Of a stretch of DNA of 64,000 nucleotides, positions 45,243-52,506 are shown piece after piece; the stretch's first letter is position 1, and each line of letters begins with the position of its first letter. The notes below the pieces were generated by a model that saw nothing but the letters and a program-made list of their open reading frames with translations, ran no database searches and was not told where the DNA came from. A program made the position numbers and the translations under genes. Location: assembly GCA_019454875.1 (NCBI GenBank), contig JACFNL010000009.1, positions 168 through 64,167 on the forward strand. The letters are read 5' to 3'. Source of the stretch: Candidatus Cloacimonadota bacterium. GTDB lineage: Bacteria; Muiribacteriota; UBA6191.

Positions 45243-47176
45243 TTAAGCAAAACGGATTTGCACTGCCCGTGGCAGTGATTCTTCTTTTAGTCATTCTGGG
45301 TCTGGGTTCAGCATATTTTACAGTGTCCAGGCAGCAGCTTTTCAGCATGAATAGACACGCAGCTTCGGAGAGGGCATATCACATTGCCCAATCTGCCCTG
45401 ATTGTGGCGCAGATGGTTTTTGATGAATCAAGAGATTTTATAAATCGAAGTGATGAGGATTCCTGGCCCAAGGAGAGTAAAGCAGATCCCTTGCTTCGTG
45501 GCTGGATTCAGGCCATTCTGAATTCAGATGGACACTTGCAGAAATCCCAGGTTGAGTTTGATCTTGAGCACCCACTGATTGACTACTTGAGAGAACAGGA
45601 TGGTACGGATCAGATCCGGGTAATCATGCGAATGTTACCCTCACAACCAATTTTTTCAGGAACCGGCTTTCCCATCAATGAAAATGAGATTACAACAGTA
45701 GTAGAGATTGAGGCCGAGGCCCTAGTAGGTGAGGTCAGTTCAAGACTATTGGCAAACAGAGAAATTCGATACATCAACATTATCCCATCTCCTTTATCCA
45801 GATTTACCCTGATGGTACGAGAATTTGTAGAAACGCCCATGCAGGAGTCAGTCAATTCGTTGCCAATGATTTTACAAAACGGAAAAGTTCTGGCCTGTAC
45901 TCCATCCCATTCCCCAACAGAAATTTCCACCATGCTTGAGACTCAGGGCTGGGTTTATCTTGGCGGAACAGCAGAGATTCGCATGGGGGTAAACTCGGGT
46001 AATGGTCTGATTAGCCATCGTTCCCCCTGCCTGCTTGAAGATATGTATCTTTATGATGTGGATCCAGAAGACTCGTTTTCATCAAGGGATGATTTAATGT
46101 ACTACACCAGGGAGACTCACTTGAGCCCACAATTGCAGGGGGCATCGGAGCAGGAGGCTCTGGCTCTGGTGTCTAGTGATGATTTGAAGACGGGCAGTCT
46201 TTTATTGTTTGGCTCAGAGGAAGCATTCAGTCCCACAATAGTATTTGGTCCAGTTCGAAAAGTCAGTGCCCTGTTACAGGGTATTTACAATACAGAAAAT
46301 GGAAAATATTCTCCATTGCCTCTGTTAAACCCTTCCCAGTTTTTAGGGGGCCCCTGGCCGGGAGGATTTACCGAGCCGACAAGACTGACCATAGTGGATA
46401 ATTTTGATTCAGATTTTGCACGGTACCAGATCCGTTCTTCAAAACTTTATACAACCGATGCCAATTTTTTGATCACCAGATTGTTAAAAGATTCAGAGGC
46501 CTTCAGTATTCATTCTCTCGAACCGGCAACCTGGCCGGAAGATTCAAACCTAAAAAACCTGAGCATTGCCGGAATCCCCGCACCCTGGCATCAGGCAGTC
46601 CATGCTACTGCGTATCAGCTCAAAGATGATTTAGGTAATACCTATTTTGATGGAGGGGACTTTTCCCAGTTGACGGAACTGCCCTGGATTAACAGAAAGT
46701 CAGGATATCGCTTTCGATCAGGGGCAGATTTTTTAAGGCTTCAGGCCAAAAATGGCGAACTGAAACTGTCAGGTATTGCGGATATCAGAGGGGATCTGGA
46801 AATTACTGATTCGTTACGGGTTCCTTCAGGTCAGGGCGGAATTCTGATCGTTGAGGGCAATATCCGTATCAGGGCAGCAATTGAGGCCGAGGACTCGGAG
46901 CCACTGACCCTGATTTCTAAAACAGGTTCCATAGAAGTGTTAACCTCTGAAAAAATTGAGGCTGGACTGGTTTGCCTGATGGGTACGGCTGAGTTTCCTT
47001 CTGGATTTGATGTTTCTGGTTTTGTCAGTGCCAAGCAGATACAGAAAAATCCATTGGAATCCGCCCAGCCAAGAAGAATCAGCTACAATACAAAGATGGA
47101 TCCAGCCAGTTCGGTGCATTTTCGACGCAATTTCAGAATGATGACGGAACGGGGATGGCAGCTAGCTATAAAATAG
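45239..47176 (+). CDS. Large GspK/PilX-like pseudopilin-family protein
   Basis: 645 aa. N-terminus MIKQNG/FALPVAVILLLVILGLGSAYF has no Glu at +5, as in GspK/PilX-type proteins. The remainder is unrecognised. Confidence 0.5.
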   Translation: MIKQNGFALPVAVILLLVILGLGSAYFTVSRQQLFSMNRHAASERAYHIAQSALIVAQMVFDESRDFINRSDEDSWPKESKADPLLRGWIQAILNSDGHLQKSQVEFDLEHPLIDYLREQDGTDQIRVIMRMLPSQPIFSGTGFPINENEITTVVEIEAEALVGEVSSRLLANREIRYINIIPSPLSRFTLMVREFVETPMQESVNSLPMILQNGKVLACTPSHSPTEISTMLETQGWVYLGGTAEIRMGVNSGNGLISHRSPCLLEDMYLYDVDPEDSFSSRDDLMYYTRETHLSPQLQGASEQEALALVSSDDLKTGSLLLFGSEEAFSPTIVFGPVRKVSALLQGIYNTENGKYSPLPLLNPSQFLGGPWPGGFTEPTRLTIVDNFDSDFARYQIRSSKLYTTDANFLITRLLKDSEAFSIHSLEPATWPEDSNLKNLSIAGIPAPWHQAVHATAYQLKDDLGNTYFDGGDFSQLTELPWINRKSGYRFRSGADFLRLQAKNGELKLSGIADIRGDLEITDSLRVPSGQGGILIVEGNIRIRAAIEAEDSEPLTLISKTGSIEVLTSEKIEAGLVCLMGTAEFPSGFDVSGFVSAKQIQKNPLESAQPRRISYNTKMDPASSVHFRRNFRMMTERGWQLAIK

Positions 47177-47186
47177 GGAGATAGGG

Positions 47187-47909
47187 ATGCAAAAAATCGG
47201 TTTTTTTTCTATCGTCTTTGCTACGGGAACTCTCATGTCTGAAGTATCTGTTGAGGTGGGAAAGGGTAGTGAAGGTTTTGTTGAAGTGATCAGCACATCT
47301 TCCTCCGTTTTGAGTACTGAGGTTATCTGGATACCTGTAGAACCACCCCAGCTGTTGCCAGCTCCAGCCCCTAACCCCACTGTAACTCCCTTGATTCCGG
47401 TTCATCCGGCTTTATCTGAAACTCACCTTGTGACTGAACCAGGGGACAGAATTGGAATTTCGGGACCACCTGCTTTAGCAGAGGATGTTTTGAATGGAGC
47501 TTTTACCCCACCCACTCCCCTTGGGGATATTAACCTGAGTAGAGCAGGAACCCAGAACAGATCAGCACTGATTGCTGGAACGGTACAGATCAGGCCTTAT
47601 CTGTTCACATATAATACTGCTTCGATTGTGGTCCGTCTCTATGAGGCGGATGGAACGGAGGTACTGTTTGGAGGGCGGCCTCTGCTTCAGTGGAGAAGAA
47701 ATGATGACAGAGACGCATCTGGGGTACATTTCAAAGGAGTGAGGGATGCTTCCTCCATGGTGATTACGGCTGGGGATCCATCTCCTCGCACTGGCCTGAG
47801 TTATTCATTTACCATCAATGCATCCCAGAAGATTCGGGCTAGTATGTCAGGCAATCCCGTGGCAGGTACGGCCTATTTAAGGGTTAGTGGTCCGGCAGGT
47901 ATGTTCTGA
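47187..47909 (+). CDS. Secreted protein sharing the private C-terminal domain of 43879..44832
   Basis: 240 aa with a signal-like N-terminus and a Pro-rich linker. The C-terminal VQIRPYLFTYNTASIVVRLYEADGT...AGDPSPR...INASQKIRASMSG...LRV aligns without gaps to VRIGLMTYGKASALVEIIKADGS...AGDPSAR...VNASDTIRASLKG...LRV. Confidence 0.55.
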   Translation: MQKIGFFSIVFATGTLMSEVSVEVGKGSEGFVEVISTSSSVLSTEVIWIPVEPPQLLPAPAPNPTVTPLIPVHPALSETHLVTEPGDRIGISGPPALAEDVLNGAFTPPTPLGDINLSRAGTQNRSALIAGTVQIRPYLFTYNTASIVVRLYEADGTEVLFGGRPLLQWRRNDDRDASGVHFKGVRDASSMVITAGDPSPRTGLSYSFTINASQKIRASMSGNPVAGTAYLRVSGPAGMF

Positions 47910-48337
47910 TGCGATTTGTTTTTCTTTTGTGCATTTTGTTTCAGGGATGTCTGTTTCAGGATAGTGATGGGAAAGCATCTGATTTACCAAATGACGATCC
48001 AGAGGCAGCATTACTGATGCCTAAAACAGTTACAAAGTGGTTGCTTGTTGGTTCACCAGAAGGACAATGCTCAGAAATTGAGCAGTCCAATGAGGTAGAA
48101 ATTGAGGGTTTGATATTTAAAGCCACACTCAAGAGTTCCAGCAGACTTCGGTTGCAGGTGGAAGAAAATGATCTGGCAGACCTTGGATTAGAGGATGTGG
48201 ATCAACCTATTCCTTTTACAGCATCAGTCCACTTAAAAAATCTTGAGATTAAGGCCCGTGAGGGAGGGGCGAGGTTTGATAAAAGTGGAGACTGTTTGTT
48301 ACAAGGGGGATTTTTGATTACGGTGACTCGGAACTGA
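47909..48337 (+). CDS. Small lipoprotein-like protein
   Basis: 142 aa. MRFVFLLCILFQGC has a lipobox-like Cys. The start overlaps the upstream stop (TGATG). Confidence 0.45.
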   Translation: MRFVFLLCILFQGCLFQDSDGKASDLPNDDPEAALLMPKTVTKWLLVGSPEGQCSEIEQSNEVEIEGLIFKATLKSSSRLRLQVEENDLADLGLEDVDQPIPFTASVHLKNLEIKAREGGARFDKSGDCLLQGGFLITVTRN

Positions 48338-49430
48338 GGTATAAATCGGTTGTAGCATACCGCAGTAGAGCTTCCAGTAGATCCGGTCTGTAGATCAGAG
48401 GCTGCAAAGGAAAGTCCGTTAACAAAAGATTGGCCAGGGCCATTTCCGGGTGAGAAGTGATTTTCTGCCAGGCCAGAATCAGTTTTTTTCTGTGTTCTGA
48501 ATCTGATTCCAGGATTTTTTTTGGATCGGAAAACATTGGATGGGAAAATGCCAGAACTTCGGATTGGGCCAGAATATCGGAAGCAATCAGGTCAGGATAC
48601 ATTTTTTCAAACTCTGAGCGTTTTAAGTCCTTGAAGATAGCGTAAAAAATTCCAGCCACCAGTTCTGTACAGGTTCTCATGGGCCGACTCAGGATATTGG
48701 AGTTTTTTGAAATTTCCCTGGCTTTACTGGAAAAGGCTTCCGAACGAAGGGCCATATATGCCCAGGGGTTCATAAAACTTTCAGAAAGGCTTGATTCGGA
48801 GAGATTTTCAAACAGGTCATTGCCTAAAAGTCGCAGGGGCTCACCATCTTTGGATACAACTACACCCACATGGGTGAACCAGGAAGTTTGTCTGCCGCTG
48901 TAGGGATTCAGATTGGTAACAAAAAGGATGTCACCGAACTGAAGGCTCAGATCAGGAACAGCCAATATGGGGTAACGGTTTGATATGCAATTAAGACCAT
49001 CACACTCCACAACCGTTTTTTGATTCTCCCGTCTCAGATAATGTTCCCCGTTTAACATTTCCTCAACAGACCCATCCAAAGCAAAACGGGTCAGTCTTTT
49101 GTTGATAAAATCAGCATCCACAAGCATTTGCCCTGAAGGAAAAAACAATTGCAGGGTCAAAGGCATCAAAAGCCCCTGGCGGCGGGTTTCTTTAAGCAGG
49201 ATGTTCGAGTTTTTATCCAGTCGTACACAGTCAAGCAGTTGCGAATTGATGCTGGTACACACCGGAAAACTGTTGCAAAATGCCTGTTTTAAGGCAAGCA
49301 ATAGCAGAATTGTACAGGTAATGATATTTGACACAATCACAAACAGGATTATAATCGATATTATGGGGATCGTGTATACAACAGGATGGAATATGAACCT
49401 GCTCTTTGTTTTTTTAGTGTTATTTGCCAT
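48318..49430 (-). CDS. Membrane-anchored permuted papain-like (NlpC/P60 superfamily, YiiX/YaeF C92-like) protein
   Basis: The N-terminal TM helix is followed by GDILFVTN...WFTHVGVVV...RTCTELVAGIF. This matches the permuted His-then-Cys order of YiiX (GDLIF...SHVGII...YCSELVW, from memory). Confidence 0.45.
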   Translation of the reverse strand: MANNTKKTKSRFIFHPVVYTIPIISIIILFVIVSNIITCTILLLLALKQAFCNSFPVCTSINSQLLDCVRLDKNSNILLKETRRQGLLMPLTLQLFFPSGQMLVDADFINKRLTRFALDGSVEEMLNGEHYLRRENQKTVVECDGLNCISNRYPILAVPDLSLQFGDILFVTNLNPYSGRQTSWFTHVGVVVSKDGEPLRLLGNDLFENLSESSLSESFMNPWAYMALRSEAFSSKAREISKNSNILSRPMRTCTELVAGIFYAIFKDLKRSEFEKMYPDLIASDILAQSEVLAFSHPMFSDPKKILESDSEHRKKLILAWQKITSHPEMALANLLLTDFPLQPLIYRPDLLEALLRYATTDLYLSSESP

Positions 49431-50262
49431 GAGTGGCGAGGTTCATGCTGGTGGAAAAAAGAAAACCGTCAACACATATATCACCGAGTCATGGAGCGAA
49501 AAGGATTATTTTGGCTCAGGGACTCATATCACCCTGGATAAAATCCGCCCCAATATTTATCTTCAGGTTCATAAGGTGGACGGTGAGTTAAATGATTTAG
49601 TTGGTGTTCCTAATGGCACTCAGGCAGGAGAAGGTGATTTTGTAGATGCTACCGTATATGGAGCCTATGATCGTTTAAACATGCTGACCCGAATCGATTT
49701 TGCCCGGCCGATTGCCACGAGAGGGTATGGGGACTGGTCCAATGATCAAAGAATCTGGGACATTGCCAAAAATTATAGGGACAGCAGTGGCAATAATCTG
49801 CTGGAGCTTTTACCTGCAATGAATGGGGCTAGGGGGACTCGCTACCGCTTCATCATATCTGTTGAGGATAACACGCCTTTCTGGTTTAAGAATGAGGGTG
49901 GCCCGGAAATGTATTTCCCTTATGAGCTGATCATTTTTCGAATCACTGAACAGGCTGGTGGTACGGCGGATGCCAATGCTTTTGAAGAGACAGGAATCAA
50001 TGATGAGCTGATTGTGATTCGTAAGGATCAGGACTTCAGGATCCGGGATATGCCGGGGCAGTATCGTCTGCGCAATGGACGGTTTATGTATAACTTTACA
50101 GTGTATCATCAGTTTAAACTGGCTACGGATTATTTTTTGATGGTCAGTGCTCGGGATATTGAAGACAACGAGCGAATTTTAAAGACCCCCATTTCTATGG
50201 GTCAGCTTGAGGGTATTCAGCTTCAGAACAGCAATCTCAGTACGGTCAAGGACAATAACTAG
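49393..50262 (+). CDS. Secreted protein of unknown function
   Basis: Start chosen at ATG 49393 (AGGATGGA upstream), which gives a textbook signal peptide MNLLFVFLVLFAMSGEVHA/GG. ORF-track start 49099 is antisense to the neighbouring gene. No family recognised. Confidence 0.55.
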   Translation: MNLLFVFLVLFAMSGEVHAGGKKKTVNTYITESWSEKDYFGSGTHITLDKIRPNIYLQVHKVDGELNDLVGVPNGTQAGEGDFVDATVYGAYDRLNMLTRIDFARPIATRGYGDWSNDQRIWDIAKNYRDSSGNNLLELLPAMNGARGTRYRFIISVEDNTPFWFKNEGGPEMYFPYELIIFRITEQAGGTADANAFEETGINDELIVIRKDQDFRIRDMPGQYRLRNGRFMYNFTVYHQFKLATDYFLMVSARDIEDNERILKTPISMGQLEGIQLQNSNLSTVKDNN

Positions 50263-50277
50263 GGTCCTGGAGGTAGT

Positions 50278-52500
50278 ATGAAACATTTAATTCTGGCAAT
50301 TTTGATTTCAGGGCTGGGATATTGTGGGACCGTCAATAACTGGAACCAGTGGCAGAGGGAGTATGGTTTAAATCCCAAAGGGGTTCCCTCGTACAAGACA
50401 CATGATGTAAAAATGTTTCTGGTTCAGCCCACAGAGGCTGTAATGACAACTCGAGCCTATTCAGATTTGTACTCCAAAGAGGATCACACAGGTTACCCTA
50501 CTATTAATGTGGCGGATTATCGTCAGACCAATATCTCGGTGGAACAGTATTTTACCCAGGTCACCGGAAACACCGGAGGCTCACCTCAGGGTTACATGAC
50601 CTATGATAACCGTACCCCAGGTATCAACAAACTTGTTCCCATCACAGTGCAGGATGTGTCACCTACGGCGGCAACTCTTACGGATCTTTATTCGGCTTTT
50701 ACCATAAATATGACGGCAGGTCTCATTTACCGTGATAAGTTTGACTGTGGCACAGCTTTTGAACATCCCCGCTATGATGCTTTGGGAAATGAACAGTTTA
50801 ATGGACCGGATCTGGTAACCGAAACCAATGGGGACTGGTGCTTTTTTCTATATATTGCTCCTGTAACCTATCCAGATGGAAGCCGTATCGGGCCTATGGT
50901 TGGCAAGGTGCATGCAGCCGACACAGATGCCTTAAAGTATATTCGCACAGGCCTTGCCCCCTGGATTCCTTTAAGAGGCACTCCAAAGACAATTCTGACA
51001 GGTGGGGGACGGGAGGATATTGTCTATCTGGATGGCAGATACCATGTCCGCTCTCCGGACGGTAAACTCACCCTGCCTCACAATGGTTTGAATATGATGC
51101 ACAACCGCTACGAGGCAGTCAGGATGATCTTTCTGGATCGCTGGCATCAGGTAAAAACCAAATCCAAGGGTTCTTTAGCTTTGGTGATTGGGGCCATTGT
51201 TGGTATTGTGGTCGGTATTTTTACTGGTGGGGTTGGTTTTGCATTGATGGCAGGAGCTGCCGCTGGTGGAATTGCAGCACTGGTTTTGGATGAAGGCCCA
51301 ACTCGAAATGAGGCTGGGACATTGGGTGGAGGGGATAAGGCTGTCTGGGGAAATCAGGGACCCTGGCAGACCCCATATCTATTTATGCCCGAGCCTGGGG
51401 CGACCCCTAAAAAATATCATTGGGCAGGTGGTATTCCTGATGGTCCTATGGAAACTCAAATGCTAAATGCTGGAGCGGGCTGGGTTCCCAATGCTGACTA
51501 CACCCCACCTTCTGGGGACATTAGAGCATTGGCTGCCACAACTGTGACTCCTGCCCGCAGGTATCAGTTTGAGCAGAAGGCTGCTTATAATCCGATTGCT
51601 ACTACTGCTACAGAATGGACTGTGCCAGGGGCCGTACCTAAATTTGTCACGGGTCCGGATGTTGCGCCAACCTATGCCAAATACAAGCCCTTAATGGATG
51701 CTACCAAGACTTATTGTGAGGGAGCCTGTGGCCCCTGTGATGAGGCGGGTGTACCGGCAATGCAGGCCAAAATGGAAGGCACTGACGGTCCGATTGTACT
51801 CGGTGCCAGAACATTTCCTGCTGGAGCATGCTATCGGGAGCTGGGTACTTTGTATGATACCCACAAGGCCCTGTACGAAGAATTTATGACAGCAATGGAG
51901 GATCCTACCGGTACCAATCCTGTTTTTCTTCTATTGAGAACCAAAGAGGGTGGAGAGTTTAATACAGAGCTAGCAGCGGCCAACGATGCAGTAAATGCAG
52001 CAGCCCCTACTCTGGCTGATCGCTGGTTTGTGGGCCCAGATGAGAACGCCACCATTCAGGCTCAGGTAACCCCGGTATTTACAACCTGCAAGGCAACTTT
52101 TGATGCTCCCCCGCTTCCACCAGCAGTCCTGTTGTCCACCAAGGAAACCGAGTTTCACACCTGTCTAAAAAACGGGGCTGGTGATGTGATGATGACTTAT
52201 TCTGCCATGGAGGCCCGTTCTGCCATTGCCGAACCATTTAAGGTCTATACTGCCATGCACCCAAGCGGTCAGCTGGCTTTAGGCAAACTTTCCATGCTGG
52301 AGGACTACACAGGCCAGCCAAGCCCCAAGGTTTATGACACATACCTGAATCCCGCCAACCGTTGTGTTCCAGAAACCCCAATTTCCAGTTTTGCAAGTTG
52401 CATCGCCCCAAAAATTCTCACTGCAAGAGGAATCAATCTGAATTGTCGCTACAGTGAAGACGATAATCCTGCCCGTGATGATGGGGGGGCTTGTCCGTAA
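50278..52500 (+). CDS. Large secreted protein with central glycine-zipper hydrophobic segment and Cys-rich C-terminal half
   Basis: 740 aa with GGAGG RBS and signal peptide MKHLILAILISGLGYCG. The GxxxG ladder GAIVGIVVGIFTGGVGFALMAGAAAGGIAA lies at about nt 51170-51290. The C-terminal half carries at least 10 Cys. Confidence 0.6.
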   Translation: MKHLILAILISGLGYCGTVNNWNQWQREYGLNPKGVPSYKTHDVKMFLVQPTEAVMTTRAYSDLYSKEDHTGYPTINVADYRQTNISVEQYFTQVTGNTGGSPQGYMTYDNRTPGINKLVPITVQDVSPTAATLTDLYSAFTINMTAGLIYRDKFDCGTAFEHPRYDALGNEQFNGPDLVTETNGDWCFFLYIAPVTYPDGSRIGPMVGKVHAADTDALKYIRTGLAPWIPLRGTPKTILTGGGREDIVYLDGRYHVRSPDGKLTLPHNGLNMMHNRYEAVRMIFLDRWHQVKTKSKGSLALVIGAIVGIVVGIFTGGVGFALMAGAAAGGIAALVLDEGPTRNEAGTLGGGDKAVWGNQGPWQTPYLFMPEPGATPKKYHWAGGIPDGPMETQMLNAGAGWVPNADYTPPSGDIRALAATTVTPARRYQFEQKAAYNPIATTATEWTVPGAVPKFVTGPDVAPTYAKYKPLMDATKTYCEGACGPCDEAGVPAMQAKMEGTDGPIVLGARTFPAGACYRELGTLYDTHKALYEEFMTAMEDPTGTNPVFLLLRTKEGGEFNTELAAANDAVNAAAPTLADRWFVGPDENATIQAQVTPVFTTCKATFDAPPLPPAVLLSTKETEFHTCLKNGAGDVMMTYSAMEARSAIAEPFKVYTAMHPSGQLALGKLSMLEDYTGQPSPKVYDTYLNPANRCVPETPISSFASCIAPKILTARGINLNCRYSEDDNPARDDGGACP

Positions 52501-52506
52501 GGCTTG

